Virus record (IMG/VR): IMGVR_UViG_3300017560_000021
Coordinates: 1 to 41,413 of that record
DNA length: 41,413 nucleotides
Direction: 5' to 3' (one strand)
From: a virus
Taxonomy: Duplodnaviria; Caudoviricetes
Below the pieces are notes generated by a model. It made no database searches, had not been told where the DNA came from, and worked only from the letters and a program-made list of their open reading frames with translations. Position numbers and translations under genes: made by a program. Positions 9,351 to 18,399 of the stretch are shown one piece after another; positions within the stretch are counted from its first letter, which is position 1, and each line of letters starts with the position of its first letter.

Positions 9351-9550
9351 TTGGTGACCTTTCCCGCCTTGAAGCCCGTGGTGCGCTCCTCGGTCGACCA
9401 GCGACCGCCGCAGCGGGTGCATTCGCGCCGGCGCCTGATCGCGCCCGGACGCTCGCGGCTGTCGAGAACGCGGCTGGAATTGGTGCCACACTGGGGGCAG
9501 AGGATGCCGGCAAGCCGCCATACGATGCCGTTCGCGCGAACCGCGGTCAT
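9347..9550 (-). CDS. NrdR-like N-terminal zinc-ribbon protein (no ATP cone)
   Basis: CPQCG..SRVLDSR....IRRRRECTRCGGRWSTEE matches the NrdR N-terminal signature. Confidence 0.8.
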   Translation of the reverse strand: MTAVRANGIVWRLAGILCPQCGTNSSRVLDSRERPGAIRRRRECTRCGGRWSTEERTTGFKAGKVTK

Positions 9551-10020
9551 GCCGCACCGCCGATCCGGCGCTGGACGCAGTGCAGGGCCTTCATGACATC
9601 GTCGATCTCGCGCGTGATTACACGCTTCTCCAGCCCGTCGACGGCGCCGTCTTCCAGCGCTTCAGTGATCGCGCGGACGACATCGGCCGCCTCATTGGCG
9701 ATCTTGAGCGCGTCGATGAGGCTCACCGGCGCGACGGCATTGGCCGTTGCGGCGCCATCGGTGGGCACGAGCTTGTAGCCGAGCATCGCCGCCATGGCCG
9801 AAACGATGATTGGCGAGTTCGCCTCCAGGTCGCATTCGACGGCGATGTCGATCGGCATGAACTTGTCGGACGTCTCTTCGCCTGCGGTCGCATACTTCGA
9901 AAGCGCCCCGGCCTTCACGCGCGTCACGTGCTGGAACGCGTCGCCGCCGCCTGCCTGGTCGATGCCTCGACGGGTTGCAGCCTTGAGCGTCAGGCCCTGT
10001 TTGTCCGAAATCGTGCGCAA
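9547..10020 (-). CDS. phage regulatory CII-family protein
   Basis: LKAATRR..LSKYA..FMPIDIAVECD..PIIVSAMAAMLGY; located directly after cro. Confidence 0.7.
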   Translation of the reverse strand: MRTISDKQGLTLKAATRRGIDQAGGGDAFQHVTRVKAGALSKYATAGEETSDKFMPIDIAVECDLEANSPIIVSAMAAMLGYKLVPTDGAATANAVAPVSLIDALKIANEAADVVRAITEALEDGAVDGLEKRVITREIDDVMKALHCVQRRIGGAA

Positions 10021-10138
10021 GCGTCATCCTCCCTGAAAAGCAAGGAAATCGTTCTGTTCAATCTTTCCGTGAAAGCCACGCGGGCGCGGCTTAGGGTTGG
10101 TCCATCAGATCAAGGGGGACCACATGACAACGACCACT

Positions 10139-10417
10139 TCATTCCGCAGCCTCCGAGGCGGCCGCCAGCATCGATCGAATGCGATCGGCGGAAAAGAAAT
10201 CCTCCGGACGCAGATCGACACCTTCACTGCGGGCATACTCGAGAAGAGCCCGCTGGTCCTTCGCCGGGATTATGCCGCCGGTACCTTCTCGGACATTCGT
10301 CGGATAGGTCCACCTGTACACGCGAGAGACGTGCTTTCCGACGACGGTCGCAACGGTGCTTACGCCTCCGAGAAGGCGCACGATCGAGGATGCGGGTTCT
10401 TCCTGGTACTGTGCCAT
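10139..10417 (-). CDS. Cro-like HTH repressor
   Basis: EPASSIVRLLGGVSTVATVVGKHVSRVYRW..GGIIP; divergent from cI. Confidence 0.8.
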   Translation of the reverse strand: MAQYQEEPASSIVRLLGGVSTVATVVGKHVSRVYRWTYPTNVREGTGGIIPAKDQRALLEYARSEGVDLRPEDFFSADRIRSMLAAASEAAE

Positions 10418-10426
10418 GCGTGATAT

Positions 10427-10498
10427 TTGCGATAATCGCGATTTGTTGTCAATCGAAATTCGCGATCTTCGCGATAGCAAGATTTGCGACATTCGCGA
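10427..10498. promoter_or_regulatory. OR-like operator triplet and cro promoter
   Basis: 15-bp palindromes TTGCGATAATCGCGA (10427), TCGCGATCTTCGCGA (10460) and TTGCGACATTCGCGA (10484); minus-strand TTGACA at 10447-10452. Confidence 0.85.
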
Positions 10499-10508
10499 AA
10501 ATAGGAGC

Positions 10509-11210
10509 ATGGATGAAAAACGTAAGCAAATCCGCGACTGGATGCAGGCCGAACTCCAAAGAATGGGGCACGGCGCAAAGGGTCGCTTGGCTGAATACCT
10601 CGGCATACGGGCCGACGGCATCACCCGAATGTTGAACGCGGAGCCAGGCAAGGAGACGCGCGAGGTTAAGGCGAGCGAACTCGTCCGCATGGAAGAGTTC
10701 TTTGGAAAGCCTGCGCCCGTGACCGACAGCGCATCGCCGTCGAGAGACGGTCTGCGCCCGATCATGCAACAGCCGCGATTTGTAAAGGTGATCGGCAAAG
10801 TCGCGGCCAACACCTGGCTTGATGTCGAAGATATGAATTTCAGCTACGATGATGTGTATAGCGTCCCGACACTTAGCCTCTATCCGGAGGATTGGCAGTT
10901 CGGGTTAGTCGTCGAGGGAAATTGCCTCAACAAGATCGCCAACGATGGCGATGTGCTTTCTTGTCTCAATCTTGCTCTCGCAAATGAAGGCCCAGTCGAC
11001 GGCGATCTCGTTATCGTTGAACGCAAGCGGTATGGCGGGCAAATGGTCCAGAGAACGGCCAAGAGATTGAAGCGCACGGCCCAGGGATATGAGCTTTGGC
11101 CTGAAAGCACCGACCCACTTCATCAGGATCCAATCCTGATGTACGAAGGACATGGCGACGAGCAGGTCGAGATCATCGGCAAGGTACTTTGGATCATGCG
11201 AAAGCCCTAG
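10509..11210 (+). CDS. CI-like repressor (HTH plus S24/LexA-type domain, atypical active site)
   Basis: N-terminal HTH; VIGKVAAN, VVEGNCLNK, GDLVIVER and TAKRL motifs; AGGAG RBS. Confidence 0.88.
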   Translation: MDEKRKQIRDWMQAELQRMGHGAKGRLAEYLGIRADGITRMLNAEPGKETREVKASELVRMEEFFGKPAPVTDSASPSRDGLRPIMQQPRFVKVIGKVAANTWLDVEDMNFSYDDVYSVPTLSLYPEDWQFGLVVEGNCLNKIANDGDVLSCLNLALANEGPVDGDLVIVERKRYGGQMVQRTAKRLKRTAQGYELWPESTDPLHQDPILMYEGHGDEQVEIIGKVLWIMRKP

Positions 11211-11215
11211 TCGAT

Positions 11216-11280
11216 TCGCAAACTTCGCGATTATCGCGATATTTCCACTTGACTGATATTCGCGATTATCGCAATTATCT
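11216..11280 (+). promoter_or_regulatory. OL-like operators and early promoter
   Basis: TCGCAAACTTCGCGA (11216), TCGCGATTATCGCGA (11225) and TCGCGATTATCGCAA (11260); TTGACT at 11249 with an operator between -35 and -10. Confidence 0.85.
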
Positions 11281-11306
11281 CGCATCCCGTAACCGGAGAT
11301 GCGAAC

Positions 11307-11540
11307 ATGATCCGCTACATCACCCGTCCCGATACCGCCGCCGTGATCGCCGCGCGGCCGCGCTGCGTCCGCTCGCTCGAAGAGCGCATGGCCGACGACA
11401 TGCGCGAACTCGCCTTTGCCGGCGACAACGTCAGCGTCGAAGCGCTCGTCGCGCGCGGCTGGACCCGACCCACGGTCCTGCGCCTTCACGAAAAGGCCGT
11501 CGCCATCGCTCGCCGCAAGTCCGTCCGGCAGGTGGCCTGA
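11307..11540 (+). CDS. hypothetical early protein
   Basis: 77-aa ORF with GGAG RBS, first gene after the OL promoter. Confidence 0.7.
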   Translation: MIRYITRPDTAAVIAARPRCVRSLEERMADDMRELAFAGDNVSVEALVARGWTRPTVLRLHEKAVAIARRKSVRQVA

Positions 11541-11541
11541 C

Positions 11542-11724
11542 ATGGCGGAGCGCCCCAATCCCCCGCGCATGATCCTTCCGGGCGATGACTGGATCACGGG
11601 CCAGACCCCGGAGTTCGCCGAACCGCCGCGCATCAGCGGCAACCTCGAAACCCTGATCATTGGCATCCTCATCGGCGCCATCCTGTCGCCGTGCATGATC
11701 GCCATCGGCAAGTGGGTGTTTTGA
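11542..11724 (+). CDS. small membrane protein
   Basis: MAERPN..LIIGILIGAILSPCMIAIGKWVF with a C-terminal hydrophobic segment; fills the gap between coupled genes. Confidence 0.55.
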   Translation: MAERPNPPRMILPGDDWITGQTPEFAEPPRISGNLETLIIGILIGAILSPCMIAIGKWVF

Positions 11725-12401
11725 TGGGGGCGGCGATGCGTCTGGTCGAAAACCCGGTCCCGACCGTGTGGCCCGATGGCCGCGTCATCGATCTTGCCAA
11801 GCCCGATCATGAGATCGTCTGCTTTGCAGAGATCGCGAACACGCTTTCGAAAGTTGCGCGTTTTAATGGTCGGAATCGCGGCATCGCTCTGTCCGTCGCG
11901 CAGCATTGCGTCATGGGCGCGCAAGCGCTGATCAACGAGGGCGCGACCCGTCACGAGGCAGCGCTCTTCCTGCTGCACGACGCGCATGAGTGGGCGCTCG
12001 GCGACCTTATTCGCCCGAGCGCTGATCTCTATGCCGCTGCATGCAATGAACTCTACGGCGAGACCCGGCTACTCGACGCCATCGCCGCCTGCAAGGCGGC
12101 ATGGGACGAAGCGATCTACTTCGCGGCTGGGCTACCAGGCCCGGAGGTCTGGACCAAGCGGCAGAAGAAGCTGGTCAAGGATATGGACCAGCGCATGCAG
12201 CGCGCGGAAGCTATTGCGCTCTTCGGCCCTGCCGCAGGCGCCAAGTTCCCGAAGTCCGCCACGCCAAAGCTCACCGGCGCCATCAAGCCATGGGCAGCCG
12301 GCAAAGCAGAGGAACAGTTCCTCTCCATGGCGCGAAAGCTGATCGGCGACGATCAGATCCTCGATCAGACCTCAATTGCAGCTTTGCGGAGCGACTTATG
12401 A
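11724..12401 (+). CDS. HD-domain phosphohydrolase (YfbR/YfdR-like deoxynucleotidase)
   Basis: IANTLSKVARFNG, SVAQHCV, LLHDAHEWALGD motifs. Confidence 0.85.
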   Translation: MGAAMRLVENPVPTVWPDGRVIDLAKPDHEIVCFAEIANTLSKVARFNGRNRGIALSVAQHCVMGAQALINEGATRHEAALFLLHDAHEWALGDLIRPSADLYAAACNELYGETRLLDAIAACKAAWDEAIYFAAGLPGPEVWTKRQKKLVKDMDQRMQRAEAIALFGPAAGAKFPKSATPKLTGAIKPWAAGKAEEQFLSMARKLIGDDQILDQTSIAALRSDL

Positions 12402-12739
12402 AAACGATAGCATGCACGCCGGTCGCCGCGATCGGCGACACGCGCCGGCTGATGATCACCAGCATGGACGGATCGACAAAGGTCGGAACTGCCAAGGATG
12501 GCGGCCCGCTGCTGGCTGACTTCACCGCCGGGGCCTTCATCCTTGCCGACAACGACGACCAGCTGATCGTCGGCCCGATCCAGATCGAGGCGGCGCAGGC
12601 GCTGGCCTGCAAGGTTGCCAGCGGCGATCCGCGCGCGATGACGGAACCGCAGGCAAACCTCATCCTCGCCACAGCCGTGCTGGCGCTCGCCCATTTGTGG
12701 CCGCGCGTTCTCGCGGCCGCCGCGAAGGGATCCGCCTGA
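12398..12739 (+). CDS. hypothetical protein
   Basis: MKTIAC.. ORF coupled by ATGA and TGATG overlaps. Confidence 0.6.
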   Translation: MKTIACTPVAAIGDTRRLMITSMDGSTKVGTAKDGGPLLADFTAGAFILADNDDQLIVGPIQIEAAQALACKVASGDPRAMTEPQANLILATAVLALAHLWPRVLAAAAKGSA

Positions 12740-13233
12740 TGTCGGGATCCCTGAACCGCGCAAGCCTTATCGGCCACCTCGGCGCCGATCCCGAAATCCG
12801 CCGCACCCAGGACGGTCGCCCGATCGCCAGCATCCGCCTCGCCACCTCCGAGACATGGCGCGACAAACACTCCGGCGAGCGCCGCGAAAAAACCGAATGG
12901 CACAGCATCGTTATTTTCAACGAAGCGCTGTGCAAGGTCGCCGAGCAGTACCTGAAGAAGGGCGCCAAGGTCTTCATCGAGGGTCAGATCGCCACCCGCA
13001 AGTGGCAGGACCAGCAGGGCCAGGACCGCTACTCGACCGAGATCGTCCTGCAGGGCTTCAACGGCCAGCTCGTCATGCTCGATCGCGCCAACGGCTCCGG
13101 CTACCAGGCCGGCGGCAACGGCGCCAGCGACTACGGCTATGACACCGACCGTGCCGCCGGCAGCACTTCCAGATCCTCCGCATCGCCCTCGCAGAGCCTC
13201 TCGCGCGACATGGACGATGACATTCCGTTCTGA
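12739..13233 (+). CDS. ssb: single-stranded DNA-binding protein
   Basis: [33 protein letters not shown]; C-terminal DDDIPF. Confidence 0.97.
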   Translation: MSGSLNRASLIGHLGADPEIRRTQDGRPIASIRLATSETWRDKHSGERREKTEWHSIVIFNEALCKVAEQYLKKGAKVFIEGQIATRKWQDQQGQDRYSTEIVLQGFNGQLVMLDRANGSGYQAGGNGASDYGYDTDRAAGSTSRSSASPSQSLSRDMDDDIPF

Positions 13234-13250
13234 CGGGAAAGGGCAATCCA

Positions 13251-13673
13251 ATGGAAACGCAGACTTTCGATCCCACGGCGTCCAGATCGCCGGTCCCGCA
13301 GGAAGCGGTAAAGGCCGCGGCCAAAACCATTTCGAGGCAGGCAAGGCGCGGCAAAGCCAAGGAAGAGCCCGAGGCCCAGATCGAGGCCTTCACCGAGAAG
13401 CAGACCGGATCCGCGGACGCTCATGGCGTTGCCCGTGATCAGCTCCGCGCCTTCGTCGAGCGCATCGAGCGCCTCAATGAAGAGAAGGCCACGATCAGCG
13501 ACGACATAAAGGACGTCTATGGCGAGGCCAAGGGCGTGGGCTTTTCGGTCCCCACGCTGCGCAAGGTCATCGCCATCCGCAAGCAGGACAAGGACGAGCG
13601 GATGGAACAGGAAGCCATCCTTGATACCTACCTGCAGGCGCTCGGCATGATCGACCTTCCGGCGGAGGATTGA
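13251..13673 (+). CDS. gapR: GapR/DUF2312-family nucleoid-associated protein with N-terminal extension
   Basis: [58 protein letters not shown]. Confidence 0.9.
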   Translation: METQTFDPTASRSPVPQEAVKAAAKTISRQARRGKAKEEPEAQIEAFTEKQTGSADAHGVARDQLRAFVERIERLNEEKATISDDIKDVYGEAKGVGFSVPTLRKVIAIRKQDKDERMEQEAILDTYLQALGMIDLPAED

Positions 13674-13676
13674 GCG

Positions 13677-14051
13677 ATGCCGGTCGTCACCGTCACCACG
13701 GAAGTTTCCTTCGACGTCGCGGCACTCGACGACGACGTCATCAAGGCCGAGTTCAACCGTCGCCCCGACGTCAAGCAGTGGGCGCACGACTTCTGGAAGA
13801 GCAAGCTTCCACCAGAAAAGGCGCTCTCGGATTTCACCAACGACGAGATCCTCGACGAGATGGAGGATCGCGAAATCGAGCATCCCCAGTTGGTGACGAT
13901 CGAACGCGTCTATCGCCTCATGGCCGAACGCGAAATCGACGCTGCCATGGACGAGCTTGCGCGCGAGTTCGGCCTTTCCTTCCCATCACACGAGCGACGC
14001 ATTGCGGATCTGCTCAGCGGCAGAGGGACCGACCCCCATGTTCAAAACTGA
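13677..14051 (+). CDS. hypothetical acidic protein
   Basis: 124-aa ORF with GGAGG RBS within the operon. Confidence 0.65.
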   Translation: MPVVTVTTEVSFDVAALDDDVIKAEFNRRPDVKQWAHDFWKSKLPPEKALSDFTNDEILDEMEDREIEHPQLVTIERVYRLMAEREIDAAMDELAREFGLSFPSHERRIADLLSGRGTDPHVQN

Positions 14052-15180
14052 AAAGCCAGCCTTCGTGGCGGCCGTGTCCAGCATCATCGGCGTGGTGAAC
14101 CGCACCGCCAAGATCCCGATCCAGCAGCATTCGCTGTTCGAGCGCGACGGTGATACCATCATCGTGCGCGGCACGAGCATGGATATCGAGATGGCGGCCC
14201 GGTTCAACGCCGGCTTTGCCGATGACTTCGAGGACTTCACAGCACCTGCGCACCTGATGGCCGATGCCGTCAAGAGCATGCCCGACGGGCAGGAAATCCG
14301 CATCGAGCGTATCGACCATGCCGGCAAGATGACCGGCATCTACATCAAGTCCGGCCGGTCGCGGCTGAAGCTGCCGGTCATGCCCGCGTCTGATTTTCCC
14401 AAGCTCGACGCGGGCACCCTTCCGCACCAGCTGAGCATGGCCTCTTCGCTGCTGGCCAAGGCCATGAAGGCGACGGTGCACGCAGTGACCAAGGACCAGA
14501 CGCGCTACTATCTCGCTGGCGTCTACCTGCATCCGAAGGTCGACGGCCTCCGCCTGGTGGCAACGGACGGCCTGCGGCTGGCCGTTCGCCTGATCAAGGC
14601 GATCGACCTCGACCAGGGCGAGGATCTGGCAAGCCTCCCGCCCATCATCGTGCCCACCAAGGCCGTCGACACGATCCTCAAGTTCATCGCCGAGGATGAG
14701 GACGTCACGCTCGACTATTCGGCACTTAAACTCCGCGTCACCTGCGGATCCCGCGTGATGACAGCCAAGCTCGTCGAGGCCACGTTCCCCGACTACTGGG
14801 CGATCAAGCCTGCGCCCGGTTCGGTGTGTGCCAGCTTCAGCGCCGCTAGCCTTTCGGGCGCCATTGCCCGCGTGTTGGTGGCAACGCCCGATGCTGGCCT
14901 CGGCGTCGCCTTCCGTTTCGCCGGCGGCGCGCTGGCCCTGCAGGCGCGCGACAATGCCGTCGGTGAAGGCGAGGACGAGATCGACTGTGCCGCCGATGGC
15001 GAGGTCGAGACCGGCTACAACGGCGCCCATATGCGCGAGGCCCTCGACCACACCGAAGGCGACGCCGTCGAGCTGCTGACCAGCGTCGGCGCCAGCCCCT
15101 CGCTGCTCCGCGCCGCCGGCGACGAGCACAACTACACCATCCTCATGCCGATGAAGCCGAAGGGAGCACGCGCGTCATGA
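14038..15180 (+). CDS. dnaN: DNA polymerase III beta sliding clamp homologue
   Basis: ~380 aa; TRYYLAGVYLH, LVATDGLRLA, IIVPTKAV, KLVEATFPDY, GYNG, ILMPMK. Confidence 0.9.
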   Translation: MFKTEKPAFVAAVSSIIGVVNRTAKIPIQQHSLFERDGDTIIVRGTSMDIEMAARFNAGFADDFEDFTAPAHLMADAVKSMPDGQEIRIERIDHAGKMTGIYIKSGRSRLKLPVMPASDFPKLDAGTLPHQLSMASSLLAKAMKATVHAVTKDQTRYYLAGVYLHPKVDGLRLVATDGLRLAVRLIKAIDLDQGEDLASLPPIIVPTKAVDTILKFIAEDEDVTLDYSALKLRVTCGSRVMTAKLVEATFPDYWAIKPAPGSVCASFSAASLSGAIARVLVATPDAGLGVAFRFAGGALALQARDNAVGEGEDEIDCAADGEVETGYNGAHMREALDHTEGDAVELLTSVGASPSLLRAAGDEHNYTILMPMKPKGARAS

Positions 15181-15416
15181 AGAACAAGCTTGTCGACCTC
15201 AACAACCACCTCTTCGCGCAGCTCGAGCGCCTAGGCGATGAAGATCTCACCGCCGAGCAGCTCGAGCAGGAGGTGCGCCGCACCGACGCCATGGTCGCCG
15301 TTAGCACGCAGATCCTGCGCAACGCCGATCTGAGTGTGCAGGCCGCAAAACTCGTCGCGGAGTATGGCGGCAACTACGAGAAAGTGCTCCCGATGATCGA
15401 GGGCGCCAAACAATGA
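15177..15416 (+). CDS. conserved phage protein preceding HNH
   Basis: MKNKLVDLNNHLFAQLERLGDEDL; coupled to the downstream HNH gene. Confidence 0.75.
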   Translation: MKNKLVDLNNHLFAQLERLGDEDLTAEQLEQEVRRTDAMVAVSTQILRNADLSVQAAKLVAEYGGNYEKVLPMIEGAKQ

Positions 15417-16279
15417 GGCGGCCGCCAATCCCCTACAGTGCGGCCGAGATGGCGTGGCTTGAGGCGAACCGCACCATGGTTATCAGTGACTACCATAGGG
15501 CGTTCCAGTCCGTATTCGGTCGCGGCGACGTGTCGTCAGCCAATCTCCACCAACTGCGCAAGCGAAAGGGATGGAAGGTTGGGCGCGCGCCCGGTCGCTA
15601 CGTCGGCCGCCGCAGAAAGTTCAATGATGCGGAGATCGCTTGGTTACGCGAGAACTGCACCATGATCATCGGCGATTACCACCGGGCTTTCTGCAAACAG
15701 TTTGGCCGCGACGATGTCACCTCCGAAAATCTTCACGCGTTGCGCAAGCGTGAAGGCTGGAAAACCGGTCGCACGGGACAATTCGGCAAGGGCAGCACAC
15801 CGGTCAACAAGGGAAAGCCTTGCCCTCCCGGCAAAGGTGGGCGTCACCCGAACGCGCAGCGCACTCAGTTTCGCAAGGGCAACGTTTCGCACAACTTCAT
15901 CGGCGCCGGCCACGAGCGCATCGACAGTCAGGATGGTTACGTCGTCTTGATCGTTGACGAAACCAACCCCTGGACCGGACACAAGACGCGCCCGGTCCAC
16001 AAGCACAGGTACCTCTGGGAACAAGCAAACGGGCCCCTGCCGGAAGGTCATGTCCTGAAGTGCCTCGATGGCGATAAGACGAACTGCGCCCCGTCGAACT
16101 GGGAGGCTATTCCGCAGGGTGCGCTGCCGCACCTGAACGGCCGTATCGGCATGGCGTACGACCAGGCTGCGCCGGACGTGAAGCCGGTCATCATGACCAT
16201 CGCCAAATTGAAGCACGCAGCGAGATCAGCGCGCAACGCCCGGCGCTCCCTCATCGTAGGAAGTGGATCCGGGTCATGA
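15413..16279 (+). CDS. HNH-like endonuclease with duplicated N-terminal domain
   Basis: KHRYLWEQANGPLPEGHVLKCLDGDKTNCAPSNW; two ~62-aa N-terminal repeats. Confidence 0.8.
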   Translation: MRRPPIPYSAAEMAWLEANRTMVISDYHRAFQSVFGRGDVSSANLHQLRKRKGWKVGRAPGRYVGRRRKFNDAEIAWLRENCTMIIGDYHRAFCKQFGRDDVTSENLHALRKREGWKTGRTGQFGKGSTPVNKGKPCPPGKGGRHPNAQRTQFRKGNVSHNFIGAGHERIDSQDGYVVLIVDETNPWTGHKTRPVHKHRYLWEQANGPLPEGHVLKCLDGDKTNCAPSNWEAIPQGALPHLNGRIGMAYDQAAPDVKPVIMTIAKLKHAARSARNARRSLIVGSGSGS

Positions 16280-16623
16280 GCAGCCGCCGCGACCGCATCC
16301 GCGCCAAGATCATGGCGCGCGTCGAGATCGAGGAGGCAACCGGCTGCTGGCTCTGGACCGGCCCGACTTCGGGCGAGAACGGTCGCGGCGCCGGCTACCC
16401 GCGCATGAGCCTCGACGGCCAGACGGTTGCCGTCCATATCGCCATGTGGACGAACGAGCACGGCTACATTCCGGGTAAGAAAGAGCTGGATCACGTCTGC
16501 CGCAACCGGCGCTGCATCCGGCCCGACAACGACAAGCATATCCAGATGGTCACGCGCAAACGAAACGCGCTCCGCCGCGAAGAGGCAAAGCGCGCCATGG
16601 CTTGCGAGGAGGTGAGGGGATGA
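16276..16623 (+). CDS. HNH endonuclease
   Basis: GCWLWTG..GYPRM..VHIAMW..ELDHVCRNRRCIRP..HIQMVT..N. Confidence 0.85.
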   Translation: MSSRRDRIRAKIMARVEIEEATGCWLWTGPTSGENGRGAGYPRMSLDGQTVAVHIAMWTNEHGYIPGKKELDHVCRNRRCIRPDNDKHIQMVTRKRNALRREEAKRAMACEEVRG

Positions 16624-16889
16624 AGGCTGCACGCAACGAGATCCTGCCTGCGTCGCTCCCGCCGCTTGGCATCAGCCGGGAGCAGGCCGCAACGCTGATC
16701 GGCATCAGCGTGTCGCTGTTCGATCGCGCGGTAGATGCAGGCACCATGCCCAAACCGCGCATCCTTGGCGGCCGCCTGATCTGGGACGTCGCGGAGGTCG
16801 CCGAGCATTTCCGCGCGATACCCCACAAGGACGAAGGCAAGGTCGCCACCATTGACGCTGGCGCCGACTCCGGCAATCCTTGGGATTGA
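16620..16889 (+). CDS. excisionase/AlpA-like HTH protein
   Basis: PLGISREQAATLIGISVSLFDRAVDAGTMPKPR..LIWD; directly upstream of the integrase. Confidence 0.8.
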   Translation: MKAARNEILPASLPPLGISREQAATLIGISVSLFDRAVDAGTMPKPRILGGRLIWDVAEVAEHFRAIPHKDEGKVATIDAGADSGNPWD

Positions 16890-17980
16890 TGAGCCGTATG
16901 TTCCCGAAGCTGCCCAAAGGTGTTTCCGTCGATCGCGATTTCCGAAAGGGAAATCCGCGCCTGTATTTCCGTGCGCCGGGCCGCAAGAAGGTGCGCCTTC
17001 GCCAGACGCCGGGGACGAAGGAATTTGACGACGAGGTCGCGTGCGCGCGCCTCGACGTCCCCTACGTTCCGCCAGGCGCGCCGCCCGAGCCGAAGCCTGT
17101 CGTTCGCACCGCGGCCGAGGGCAGCCTCGAATGGCTGGTGCTCCAGTATAAGAAGCGCGCCCGTAACACGATGGAGCCCGACCAACTGGCCCGTCGCGTC
17201 AGACTGCTGGAGGAGATTTGCGACAGCCTGACGACGGAAAGCAAGAAGCGCCGCGGAGATCTACCTGTCGCCCTGATGGAGCGAAAACACATTACCGAGA
17301 TCCGCGACACCATTCGCGACACGGCCGGCGCCCAGAACAACGTCGTCAAGACGATATCCGCAATGTTCGGCTGGGCGATGGAAAACGATCTCGTTGAGCG
17401 CAATCCGGCGCTTCGGATTAAGAAGTTGGAAACAGGGCAAGGGTTTCACACGTGGACTGTCGACGAGGTGCGCCAGTTCGAGGCGAAGCACCCGCCAGGC
17501 ACAAAGGCGAACCTGTTCATGAACATGGCGCTCTATACCGGCCTGCGCCTGGCGGATCTCGCCATCCTCGGCCGCCAGCATGTGCGCAACGGCTGGCTGG
17601 TCATTCGCCCCGGCAAGACGAAGAAGTCGAGCGGCGTCACCGTGCAGATCCCCGTGCTACCTGAGTTACAGAAGTGCCTCGATGCCCAGCCGGCCAAGCA
17701 AATGACGTACCTGGTGACCGAGTACGGCAAGCCCTTCTCAAAGGACGGCCTCGGGAACCGCATGCGCGAATGGTGCGATCAGGCTGGCCTACCGCAATGC
17801 TCGACGCATGGCCTCCGGAAGGCGGGAGCTACGATCGCGGCCGAGAACGGCGCGACCGACGACGAGCTGATGGCGATTTTCGGCTGGACGACCAAGAAGC
17901 AGACGACGCTTTATACGAAGCAGGCCAATCGGAAGAAACTGGCTGCATCTGGCATGGAAAAGATCCGGCTTGATCAGTAG
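16889..17980 (+). CDS. int: tyrosine integrase
   Basis: YTGLRLAD (R), KT (K), HGLRK (HxxR), FGW, TTLY (Y). Confidence 0.95.
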   Translation: MSRMFPKLPKGVSVDRDFRKGNPRLYFRAPGRKKVRLRQTPGTKEFDDEVACARLDVPYVPPGAPPEPKPVVRTAAEGSLEWLVLQYKKRARNTMEPDQLARRVRLLEEICDSLTTESKKRRGDLPVALMERKHITEIRDTIRDTAGAQNNVVKTISAMFGWAMENDLVERNPALRIKKLETGQGFHTWTVDEVRQFEAKHPPGTKANLFMNMALYTGLRLADLAILGRQHVRNGWLVIRPGKTKKSSGVTVQIPVLPELQKCLDAQPAKQMTYLVTEYGKPFSKDGLGNRMREWCDQAGLPQCSTHGLRKAGATIAAENGATDDELMAIFGWTTKKQTTLYTKQANRKKLAASGMEKIRLDQ

Positions 17981-18393
17981 CCCGCCTGGCGGCGCATTAC
18001 CTTCAGCGTTTCCAGCTGGATAAGGACCGTTTGGGGAAGATGGCCTATGACGGGCCCCGTGCCGTCTTCGCGCTTGCAGAAGAAATCCGGGCCCCAAGGA
18101 AGCAAAACGGTCCTTGAGAGAATAAAGCAGGTCGCCTGCGGCAGTCCGCATTTATCAAGTTCGGTGGAGTTCGCGATATGGAGATCAAGCGGGCACTCCT
18201 GCGGCGTCCGCTTCGACGTCCCGTAGGTTACTTCGACGGCGCCCCACGTGTGGTCCTTTGCCAACCTTATGGAACGAACTAAGCCCGGTCGAGGTTTCGG
18301 ACCGGGCTTTTTAGGCATCTCTTTCTCGGGAAAGAGGCACCAAACGATATCAAGCTGCGAGGGTAAGGTGGCAACCGCATACGTTTGGCGCAT
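17974..18393 (-). CDS. PemK/MazF-like toxin
   Basis: DIVWCLFP..PGPKPRPGLV..VTYGTS..GL..TCF pattern typical of the PemK fold. Confidence 0.72.
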   Translation of the reverse strand: MRQTYAVATLPSQLDIVWCLFPEKEMPKKPGPKPRPGLVRSIRLAKDHTWGAVEVTYGTSKRTPQECPLDLHIANSTELDKCGLPQATCFILSRTVLLPWGPDFFCKREDGTGPVIGHLPQTVLIQLETLKVMRRQAGY

Positions 18394-18399
18394 ACAGGC

